Assembly (NCBI GenBank): GCA_001179505.1
Contig: CDMY01000223.1
Span: 62,001 to 126,000, forward strand
Reading direction: 5' to 3'
Length of the DNA stretch: 64,000 bases
Source: Vitrella brassicaformis CCMP3155
Taxonomy: Eukaryota > Protista > Chromerida
This document shows positions 9,467 through 20,600 of the stretch, in pieces. The translations under genes and the position numbers were made by a program. The stretch's first letter is position 1, and every line of letters begins with the position of its first letter. The notes beneath the pieces are model-generated. The model saw only the letters and a program-made list of their open reading frames with translations. It was not told where the DNA came from and did no database searches.

Positions 9467-12309
9467 ATGCATCCCCTGGAGGCGACAAGCAGCCGTCTGC
9501 TGGGAGTGGTGTTTGTGGCCCAGCGGCCGTCTAGCGAGGCCGAGGTCATCTTCCAGTACCCACCGCCTTGCGAGGTGGTGGACAGACCCAGTGACCAGGC
9601 GTCAAGGAGCGAGAGCATCGAGGCCAGGCTGGCGTGGGACGTGTTTGGGATTGACTGTCGGTACTTTGCAAAGCTGATGCTGCCGCACCCGCAGCTGTGC
9701 AATCGGGGATTCGAGCTGGAGGTGGACGCAGGTACATGTGGTGTTGTGTGAGGCAGGGAGGCAGGGAGGGAGGGAGGGAGGGAGAGCATGGTATGGTGTG
9801 GATGATATCTGTGTCGCGTCGCGTGTGTGGTCATGTCATGTGTGTGTGCAGGTGACAAGATGTTGCCGATGTTTCACGTCGGTGGCGTCCACACGCACAA
9901 CCACCTGAGAATCGTCAACTTCCCCTTCCTCCTCAACAGAGACCGAGAGCACCCCGACCACACACACCCACACCCACACCCATATGCCTCCCTCTCACGC
10001 CCCGTCCACCCGGCATCGTCACACCACAGCACACACCACCCCCACCAGCACCAGCACCACGACGAAGACTCCCTCCCGCCCCGCACACCGTCCGCACCGA
10101 TCCACCCTGTCAGTGTCAGCCAGCAGCTGTCACAGCACGCCAACAACGCCCTGACGGTGCCTGTGAATGCGACTGAGGGTGTCGAAAGCTGTCCGCCCAG
10201 CCCCCTGCAGCCTCCAGCACCTGGGGCTGCTGGCTCTGATGCTGGAGGCGCTGGTTTTGCTGCTACTGGTGGTGGGGGTGTGGGCGTGGGTGGTCTTGGC
10301 GTGACGGGACATCTGGGGTCCGACAAGATACACAAGTGGGCGGATGGGGGGAGGGGAGGGAGGGGAGGGAGGGAGAGATGAGAAAGTCAGCAGCATATCC
10401 CTTATGTGTGTGTGTGTGTGAGTAGGTTTTCGGTGGTGTTGGTGTTCGATTCCCGTGAGACGACCGACGTGGAGACGTTCTTCCAGATCGAGCAGAACTT
10501 CTCCAAGGCGCTGCTGGTCGCGGAGGAACGATTCGAACACCTCAGCCAAGAGGTAGGTAGGTAGGTACGCCAGCCAGCAGCCTGGACCGCGTGCAGTATC
10601 CACACACACACACACACACGTGTGTGTGTGTATGTGTGTGTGTGTAGGTCGATAAGATAACGGGGCTGATCAACGACTTCACCAAGAAGTACTTCAAGCA
10701 GCACGAGGGGAGGCCCGACCGGTGGGATGAGATGAGATGAGATGAAGACCAACACACACATACACACACATACACACACATACACACACACATACACACA
10801 CACACACACGCAAGCCACCTCTCATGGAAGTTAGTGTTCGTCTTTTCTTCCTTCCATCAGCGACCACACGGGCGACTCGCCACGCGCACACCGCACTTCG
10901 CCACAACCTCCACCAACAGCACCAGCAGCAGCAGATGTAATCAGACAAACACACAGAGAGAAAGAGATGCGCACACAGACACCCTGTATGGTTTGGTATG
11001 ATTTGTTCAGTTGTCTGGTGATGGTGTGGAGGTAGGTGTGAGCGGTCTGGACGAGGAGGGGCGGCTGACGCTGAGGGGCCTCATGGACAGAATACTCGAC
11101 AAATCATCACTTGCACAGGTAGGTACCTAGGTATGCGGGCGGCCACGTTGTGTTGGCACTGACTGACGGGACGGGATGCCTTACTTGTGTGTCTGTGTCC
11201 CTTGTGTGTGGTGCGTGTTGATCGATCCAAAAGAACCTGAAGAGTTTGTACGAGCAGCTGCAGACGAGCCGGTCGGCCCAGCTGCTCATCCACGGGTGCA
11301 TCGCCTGCAGACTCTCTACCTACCCCATACAAGTAAGAACATCAACATACCTACACACCGTGCACCTTGTGTCTGTCATGTCTTGCTTGTTGGACATGTC
11401 ATGTCATGTCAGCACATCCCCGCCCCTCCTCCCCACTGTGCCTTGGCCCTGCTGTGGCCCATCCACCAGCTGCAGAAGGATCTGCCCATCGACTCGGCCT
11501 CGTCTGTCAGACGACTGTGCGACGCCGCCAACCCACACAAGAGCCTCAAGGTCGGTCGCTGCGGGAAGGAAGGTTCTCTATGACCCGGCGGGCAGCTCAT
11601 TCCAGCTCATTCATGTGTGTGTGTGTGTGTTGTGGTTTCGTTCAGGAGTTGGTAGTGGATCTGTGCATCCCGGTGCAGACGATCATCCGGATCGCTCAGC
11701 ACCTCGTCTACTGGCGGGCGGCAAAGGTCGTCGACACACTGCAGGACGAACAGGTGCTTGCTGCACTGCACACACACAAAGAACTGACTGACGACGGCAC
11801 GCAACGCATGGGCCCATGCCCTCCCTGCGCACATGGGCGTTGTGTTGTGTTCTGTGTGTGTGTGTGTCAGGTGTATTCGGTGATATCTGTGTTCTACGAC
11901 AAGGTGCACCAGGGCGACGTCATGGCCGAGTACGTCCGGACCTTTCCCACTTGCCCGCCGCTGTTGCAGCTCTTCTCCCTCTTCACGCCGGTATGCACCC
12001 TTCCATNNNNNNNNNNNNNNNNNNNNNNNNNNNNNNNNNNNNNNNNNNNNNNNNNNNNNNNNNNNNNNNNNNNNNNNNNNNNNNNNNNNNNNNNNNNNNN
12101 NNNNNNNNNNNNNNNNNNNNNNNNNNNNNNNNNNNNNNNNNNNNNNNNNNNNNNNNNNNNNNNNNNNNNNNNNNNNNNNNNNNNNNNNNNNNNNNNNNNN
12201 NNNNNNNNNNNNNNNNNNNNNNNNNNNNNNNNNNNNNNNNNNNNNNNNNNNNNNNNNNNNNNNNNNNNNNNNNNNNNNNNNNNNNNNNNNNNNNNNNNNN
12301 NNNNNNCCC

Positions 12310-12340
<31 letters not shown>

Positions 12341-13969
12341 ATGTCAGTCCTTCCGTGTATGGCTGTGAGTGTGTGGCAGCAAGCGACGGTGCGTGAGGTG
12401 CGCTATCGGTTCATCTCCCTCATGGGTCGGGCTGTCCGGGTCAGCCCCGACAACCGCACACTGGCCAAGCTGTTCGACGACATCATGGCATGGTTAGTTC
12501 GCTCGTCACACACACACACACACACACACAGGAAGATACACACAATGGCGCTCGATTGACCTTCCACTGACTGGTATATCAGGTTGGTGGCGAAGGGCCT
12601 GTTGGTGAGGGTACGTGACTACTTCTGCTTCCTTCCCCCCTCACACCTCTCCCTCTCCTTGGCACCGACCGCATCCTTACCCTCTCCACACCCACACCCA
12701 CACCCAGGGTCTTTCCCCCTTCTCAGAGCAGACGGCCAATCCGCCTCTCTAGAGAGGACTTCCAGCGAGCCACCCCACCAGGCGGAGGTCATCCACGAGT
12801 CGGCAAGAGCACCACCACCCTCATCATCACGGCGGCTCGATTATGGCCGGCCTCAATTAGTGGAGAGGCGCGCGAGCAAGGAGCAACAAGTGCATGGCCA
12901 CGGCCATATGGTGGGTGCGGCGGTGCGTCATTTGCTCAAGGACCACGCCACCTGCCGGGCGTTCATCGACTTCTTCCTCGACAGCGAGCTGGAGTGTCTG
13001 TATTGGGTGGCCAAGACACAAGGGCTCTACGAGTCATATGAGCCCGTACTGAGGCAACAGCAGCAACAGCAGCAGCAGCAGCAGGAGCGCTCGACGCACC
13101 TCCCCCCTCACCCACACCCACACCCACACCAGCTCCACATGGATGAGCAGCGCACGTGGAGCGACCCATGGGATGCCTTCGAGCTCCCGGAGGACGACCA
13201 GGCCGACCAGGAGCGGGAGAACGAGAACGAACCGCTCGTCATCGTCCCATCAATCGTCGACCACCACCTTATCGCACTCGACCATCAACAAGACGAAGAC
13301 CCGAACCACACACCGGCTGACAAAGGTGAAGGGGAGGAAGGGACTGCGAGGAGATGGCAGGGAGAGGGCGAGGGCGAGGGCGATAAGACCGTCTGCCAGC
13401 CTTCGCGCCATGATGCAGTTGGTGACGACGCTGTGCGGCGGTTTGAGGTGTTCCAGAGGCTACTGGAGGACGTCAGGGGGCAGCTGCTGAGACCTGCAAA
13501 GGGGCCCGGCACACCAGAGGTGCGGCGGGGAGCGCGGGGCGGAACTAAGAAGGAACCCCAAGTGATCGACGACCTCATCTTCCTCATGCAATTCGTCGCC
13601 GAATTCATCTGGTTTGAGGAGCGAATAGGCAGGCCAGCAACTGCAACTACTCTCTCTCTCCCTGTGCGTGTCCTGACTGACAGGCGTGGCGAGGACGCGA
13701 CGACCATCCGGCACGACCTCTGGCCAGACGCCATCGAGAACGACTTCCGCTTCGCCCCCCCGCCATCTTTGTCCCACTCATCTGCCAGCCCCAGACGCAC
13801 CCCGTCCTTCGTGCGGTTCGAGCGACTGGTTCGGTTGCCCGCCCAGCGTGAGATGGAGAGGGGCCGTGTGGTGGATGTGCTGCTGTGTGGTGAGGGCAGC
13901 GGTGGTGGTGGAAATGAAGAGCTGGAGGGCGTCAGGTGCGGACCTTTCGTAGTGTTCCGGGGGCAATGA
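9467..13969 (+). CDS. NPRL3: NPRL3/Npr3-like GATOR1 subunit, multi-exon, spans an assembly gap
   Basis: Longin-like N-terminus LLGVVFVAQ...IFQYP, FGIDCRYFAKLMLPHPQLCNRGFELEVD, PPPHCALALL, IAQHLVYWRAAKVV, AW|LVAKGLLVRVRDY match my recollection of NPRL3 motifs (LLFRYP, CGQKFELKID, PYHALLL, AHLVYWGKA, WLLQRRLL). Confidence 0.8.
12007..12306. other. Assembly gap (300 N) followed by a poly-C tract
   Basis: Run of N in the sequence, inside the NPRL3 gene. Confidence 1.
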
Positions 13970-15243
13970 GTGAGGGTGGGGTGGTGGGTGGGTGGGGTGG
14001 TCAGGGGGGGAGGCGTGGCACGGGTGTAGATATATGCTGTGTGGGGGTGTGGGTGTGGGTGTGAGGGATGCGACGCCTTCATTGAGACATTCATTGAGTC
14101 GTGTGGCTTGTTTGAGAGACGGAGGAGTCACCTGAATCGAATCAACTGAGACCGAGTGTGCCATGTCAGTCAACTGAGTCAGTTCATTCATCTGTCAACC
14201 CTACACCTGACGGGTGGTGTGGTCCCCTTCAGCATCCCCCCCGCGCACACACGCACACACAAAACGCCAGCCAGCGACTGAAGGTACGCACACCACACCA
14301 ACACGCACACACAGGATAAGGCGGTCAGACAGCTCTAGACAGACAGACAGCAGACAGACCACCACTAGAAAACCACGCAGGCAGACACTCACTGTCATGC
14401 ATTGGCGCATCAATCCATCATGCATTTACCCACATGGAGCCATCCGCGGTGAGCTGAACACCGCATCGTTCGTTCGATAAACCGGCCAGACAGACAGCAC
14501 GGCAAGAGCCGCCACGCCCACACGAGCAAGCCAAGCCAAGCCACGGGAGTGAGGGAGAGAAACACGCACCAATCACTCACTCACTGTGCTGCGAAAAAAG
14601 CAGCAGGGAAGGAAAGAAGGAAGACATGCATGTCATGTAAAGTCATGTAAATGGGCGGAGTTAGTTGTAGAAAACCCCCGCAGTACGTACCTCCCGACGA
14701 CCAGACAGACCACCTTGTGCGGTCTCGGCAAACACGCAGCTAGCCACACTTTGACACGCAAGACGCACACACACACACACACACACGACAACTCTTGCCC
14801 CCTCCTGCCCTGCCTGACTCAAAACACACATATGGCCACCCAGCTCTCTCAGTCTCTCACTTGTCACATCTATCACACACACTGTCCCCCACCGATTTCG
14901 ACGGCGTGGCTGCTGCAGATCGCCCCGGGTCCGAAACAAGGAGTCTGCCATGAACTTCGGGTCTCATGCACTGCACCTGCCACGCCGTCAAAATCAATCG
15001 CGGATGACATCCCATCACATCACCTCACGGCACGTAACAACAAGGCCAGCCCTGCCTGACGAAAAACCTGGATCTGTCTGGCGGCAGGGGCAGCAAGGGG
15101 GAGGGTGTGGTGTGGTGTGGCGTGAGGCAACCAACCACATCCCACGGCGTGCATCAGATGACGCATCTATCCATCCATCCATCCATCCAAAACCCCCGCT
15201 AAGTACTGCACGTGCTGCCTGCCTGCCTGCCCTGCCTGCCTGC

Positions 15244-16785
15244 CTAGAACTGGCAGGAGGCGCCGTCGCACCCTCTGAACTGACCCTGGCCGAAGAACCT
15301 CGCCCTGCCCAGCGAGACAATGCCATCTGACACCCACAGACGTCAGCAACACGCCAGACGGTGTGGTGTGCCTATAGGATCGCTCTTTCCCTACTCCCTG
15401 CCCGCCCTGTGTGGCCTGGCCTTACTTACCGTCGTCGTAGACCTTTCCAGAGTTGAACTGGAAGCACATAACACACGAAGAGAGAGACGGGACAGTCAAG
15501 TCACAACCACTTTACTTCAGCTTGTTCGGTCCTTTTCCCCTCCCACTCTCTCTCTCTCTCTCTCTCTCTCTTGTGTCTGTGAGTGAGTGAGAACTGACGT
15601 TGAGGTTGGAGCCGATGCCGCGCGGCCCCCTGTTGTAAGCAGGACCCACAATGCTCACACCTGGGCAGGCAGATCCACAGCCATGCAATGTATTCCATGC
15701 ACCTTCAGCCATCCATCCATGTGTGTGTGTGTGTTTCTTGGTCTTACGGGATTGGAGCTGGCGTCTGGCGGGGTCCTCGGGCTTGGGCTCCTCAGCGTCA
15801 CGCGGGTCGGGGCCGTTGAGGATCTCGGCCACTGCGCAGTACCCCTCGGGGGCGTCGGCGGCGTCGGCCTCGCCACCGCATCCCCCCTCTGGCTTGGGGC
15901 GGAGCAGTACGGCTCTCTCCTTGTCGATCTCCAGATACTCTCCTGCAGAGAGGCATATACACACCTCGTTCCTTCTGTCGCTGGGCAGGCCACTCCCTCT
16001 CCCCATCCCCCTCCCACTCACTCACCGTTCAAGAAGACGACTTTGACGGATCCCTGGCTCTTGTTCTTGGTGACATCCCGCACTTTGAAGTACCGCTCGA
16101 GGACGTCGCCGTTCTTGGCCAGCAGGTCGTCGATGTAGAGGCCGTCCAGCTGCAGCCATATGTGGATGGATGAACCAACACACCACACACGTCAAAAGAC
16201 GCACGCCGTGTGGACCAACACATATGCAACACATGGTGCTGTGCTGGTGTGGGTGCAGCGTGTGTGACTTACGTTTTCGAGGTCATCCAGCGAGTGTGTG
16301 ATGAAGTCAAAGGGGCTCTGGTAGATGGAAACAGCACAGCGCGGAGAAAGGGAGACAGACGACACGTGCATGACATGTTGGCTGACTGACTATCACGAGC
16401 AGCGCACCTCCACGTCGGTCTTCGCCTTCGTTTCTGCACGCCCACGACAGCACACACAGATACGCACACATTCGCCCGTGTGCATGCAATTTTCTCTCCC
16501 TATGCCCTCCGTCGTAAGTCACTTACGGATGACGTTCTTTGTGGCCTTGGTGCCAATCACCAGGCCGTTTTCGTCCGGCTTGAAGTCCTGCAGTAAGGAG
16601 GGCGGGGTGGTGGCAGGTGAACAAACCACGTCTCTCCCTGTCTGTGTCTGAGTGATGCGACTGAGCGACTAGACTCACTCACCTTGGCCATCTCCACCGC
16701 CGCGAAGGTGATGCCAAGCAGCAGTACTATCGTCACGCTGAACAAGGGATCGCACACACACACACACACGCACACACACAAGCCG

Positions 16786-16817
<32 letters not shown>

Positions 16818-17238
16818 TGGCGTTTTTGGTGTGTGGTGTGCGGTGTATGAATGTGTGTGGATGTGCTGGTGGGCCTCTACCCACATACATGTAGAGGATG
16901 ACGACGCCGAAGATGACCCACTTGAGGCGCTTGTTCTCCTTCCGCTCGCTCATCATCTGCTTGGCGGCAGCCGTCACCTCGTCGATGCTGCATCAGCCGC
17001 ACACACACACACACAGACACGGAGAGAGAGGCAGGTACTTGCATTGCCTGTCCCCATCTCCCCGCCAGGCATCACTGTGTCAGTCACCCCTCACTCACCT
17101 GAACATGCCATCCTGGTTGGTGTCCCAGGCCTTGAGCAGCTGCACAATGCGCTCCGTGTCGTTGCCCGGCGTGGACGTGGTCGATGCATTCTCGAACGCA
17201 ACGGTTCTCTGCTTGGCGTTCTGCTTCTCTGTCGACAT
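15244..17238 (-). CDS. EF-hand / single-TM / luminal-domain protein, paralog A
   Basis: Spliced: MSTEKQNAKQRTVAF...LLKAWDTNQDGMF|SIDEV (canonical EF loop), KWVIFGVVILY|IVTIVLLLGITFAAVEMAK, DFKPDENG, GEYLEIDKERAVLLRPKPEGGC...GYCAVAEILNGPDP, ARRQL, |DGIVSLGRARFFGQGQFRGCDGASCQF* (TAG 15244-15246). Confidence 0.8.
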
Positions 17239-17412
17239 GACTGGGAGGGGCGGATGTTACAGAGGGGCAGATCTGTCGATGGGAGAGTGAGGAATGGGGT
17301 GGGGCGACGGCTGGAAGGGCTGGAAGACGATTGTAGAAAGATTCGTGAAGACCCGGCGGTGAAGTCTGAGCAGCCGTTTCAGGCAGCACCCTAGGCAGCA
17401 GAGTCTCTCGGA

Positions 17413-17470
17413 ACCCTACCCCCAAACCGTGCACTCCCCTACCCCACAAACCCTGCACTCCCTCAAACCT
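17413..17470. promoter_or_regulatory. Duplicated C-rich motif in the shared promoter of the paralog pair
   Basis: cctacccccaaaccgtgcactccc followed directly by ctaccccacaaaccctgcactccc within the 258-bp ATG-to-ATG interval. Confidence 0.4.
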
Positions 17471-17496
17471 GGCACGGCTCGTTTTTTTGAGCCGCC

Positions 17497-18825
17497 ATGT
17501 TGGCGGCGAAGCAGAAAGAGAGGACTGAAAGGACTGAAAGGACTGCTGCGTTCGCGAGGGAGGCTGTCAGGACATCAGGCGACGAGTCAGACCCCGACCG
17601 GATTGTGAGGCTGCTGCGGTCATGGGACACAGATGGGGATGGCATTTTCAGGCGAGTGACGCAGAATGAATGAATGATGGGAGGAAAGGCAGATCTTACA
17701 TGTATCATTCCATCTGGCTGTCTGTCCGTCTGTCTGTGTGTCTGTCTGTGTGTCTGTCTGTCTGTGTGTTCAGCGTCGACGAGGTAGCGGAGGCGGCGCG
17801 CATGGTACTTCGACAGAAGAAGAAGGGCAGGGGCCTTCAAAAGGCCGTCTGCACCGCGGCCATCCTCTATGCCGTCACCATTCCGATTCTCTTCGGTGTT
17901 ACTCTCGGTGCTATGGAGATGGCCAAGGACTTCAGGCCGGACGACAACAGCATCCTCTTGAGCACCCGCGGCGACAGGAACGTCATCCGTAAGCGCCACA
18001 CGGCAGCCCACGGGAGGGATGGCGGCCATGAGGATCAAACATGCTGCCTCATTCTTTGGTTCTGGCTGGCTGCAGGGACGAAGCGGAAGATCTATGTGCA
18101 GTCACCGTTCGAAATGGCCAGCAAATCTCTGGCCGACCTGGAACGAGTACTCTTAACTCACACGCACACGTGCACGGCCGCAGGCAGGCAGGCAGGCACT
18201 CCCATGCCGCTCATGCGAGTGCATGTTGTTCATCTCCTCGTGTGCTTCACATCCATCCATCCATCAGGTGGACAGCATATACATCGACGACCTGCTCGCG
18301 GGCAACGGCGAGGTGCTGCAGAGGTTCTACAAGGTCGAGATGATCACCAAGGCCAAGGCCTCAGAAAATATCAAAGTCGCGTTCTTCGGCGGTGACTACC
18401 TCGAGGTCACCAGCGAGAGAGCCCTGCTGTTCCGCCCAAAGCCGGCGGAGGGCTGTGGCGAGGCCAAGGCCGCCGACACTCCCGACGGGTATTGCCCCGT
18501 GGCCGAGATTGTGAATGGCCCCGACCCGCGTGAAGAACAGACTCGGCGGCGGCTGGCGACTACGGCCATCCCTGAGCCGCTGTACCCCATCGGGCCGCGC
18601 AACATCGGAGGCAACGTATACTCGTCATTCAACACGGGATCGATATACGAATCTGGTGAGGGAGTCAGCGCGGCGGGAGCAAGTCTCTGTTTGAATCGTG
18701 TGCTGCCTGTGTGCGCGATGCGGTGCGGTGTGTGTGACCTGTCAGATGGCATAGTGTCCCTTGGGAGGTCACGGTTCTTCGCGCAGCACCAACAGAGGTT
18801 CTGTCAGGGCCCCACGTGCACATAG
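17497..18825 (+). CDS. EF-hand / single-TM / luminal-domain protein, paralog B
   Basis: gccgccATG at 17497. LLRSWDTDGDGIF|SVDEV (GC-AG intron 17652-17773), AVCTAAILYAVTIPILFGVTLGAMEMAK, DFRPDDNS, GDYLEVTSERALLFRPKPAEGC...GYCPVAEIVNGPDP, TRRRL, |DGIVSLGRSRFFAQHQQRFCQGPTCT*. Confidence 0.85.
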
Positions 18826-20600
18826 CGTGGTTCGTTCCGCGCTGAGATCGCCTTTTTTTGTATCTCCGTGTAAACAACGTGACAAAGTGCGAAGCGTCCT
18901 CCAGGTTTTTGTCTGTTCCGGGAGCGTGTGTAGCCATCTGGCGCTTGACGTGCAGGAGGGCCTGAGTGTGTGTGTTGTCTGTGTCAGTCGCTTAGAGAGA
19001 CAGATTGTGTGTGTGTGTGTGAAATGTGTCTGTCTCTTGCTGTCTTTTGTGTGTGTGGTGGTGGTGCGTTCTCTCTTCTCTCGCTCTTCAAGTTTCTCGT
19101 GCGGTCGTGACCTTTGTGCCGGTTTAGCTTTTTTCGGCTCGGGTGTCATGTGGCCGCCAGTCTACACGGCAAATCTATCGTTCTGGGTGGAGGCCAGCCA
19201 TGGATAGGTCGGTTTGTGGGTCGATGCATCCAGGATGGGACGACCTTTCGTCTCTCTCGCCCTTGATCTGTGTCGTCTGTTCGTCTGCCTAGTGGAGCTG
19301 TCTGTGTCCATAAAGACGCATCTATCTGCATGCCATGACCTTTCTGCCGTGGCGACGCGACATGCTATAATCAACACCTGACCTGCCCACTCACCCCACC
19401 CCACACACACGTGCACCGCACAACAGCTACCGCGAGTGAGAAGGAGACGTCCATGTCACACACACACACACACATACACACGTCCAGCCAGCAAGATTTG
19501 GTGTGGTGGGTGATCACGCCTACACGCAGCCCTCTTCGTCCGCAACAAACAAGGAGGAGACAGCGCTCTCTCCTCTCTCCACGCACACACACCGCCAGCC
19601 AGCCAGCCAGCCAGTCAGACAGACAGACAGACAGACCAGGCAGGCAGACAGACAGGCCGAGAGGCCACACACACACACACACACACACACCGGCACGACG
19701 CCGTAGGGTAGGCACACATACACGAGACGAGAGGGGAGGAGAGGAGAGGTGGACCAAAAAGGAGAACTGCAGGAGCCACGAAGGCACACAGCGCATCCCG
19801 ATCCCGACAGGCAGACATACACTCATTTCGTCGCCCACCGCAAGCAACAAATTTCTTCCTCGTCTAGCTGTGCAGGAGCCATACACACACCTGCACCTGC
19901 ACACACAGCGATGTCTCTCTCTCACACACACACACACAGCCCTTATCTCAGCTACACATCGGCAAAAACATGCGCAAGCACGAGAGGCGCATGTGTGACC
20001 TGCCAAACACGAGCCAGCACATGCGTGGCCATCGATGCATCCATGGCACATGCATGGCATGCAGCACGCATCAAAACGTCAGCCCATCCGCGCGTCGATT
20101 GACATGCACACAGTCACTCACCATATCTCACCACATTCATCGAATCGATGGGCCCACAAAGGTGCAGCCCAAGGCATGGATGTGTGTGTGGATGACGAAC
20201 AAACAAATACCAGCACGCAGCCCTCGCCATCCGCGACAACAAGACCTCTCTCCCCTCTCCACACACGCACACCGGCAGACAGACAGACAGACAGACAGCC
20301 GGACAGACAGAGGCACACAAACCAGCCGGATAGACCGAGATGCCACACACCACACACAACCAGCCAGCTCAATTCAGCTCTCAACCACCACCGCCAACAC
20401 GCCAGAGTAGTGAACGCACACGTACTAGACGAGAGGAGAGAAGGGTAAAAAGAGTAGGACACAAAGGGAGGTCTCACCGACAGAGAGACAGACAAGGCAG
20501 ACAGACAGACAGACAGCTGTATTCAAGCAAAAATAAGCACCCACACCTACACCTACATCCAGGTCTGACTTCCACAAAAGCCTGACTACAGACCGGCTGC

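Noticed and set aside
11367-12559. Long ORFs containing X runs (also 32161-33104)
   Set aside because: Artefacts of translating through N gaps.
19545-20300. Loose direct similarity between ~19545-19640 and ~20215-20300 (gcagccctc...acaa...ctctccac...cagacagacag)
   Set aside because: Most of the match is low-complexity CT/CA/CAGA sequence; cannot be supported as a true duplication by eye.
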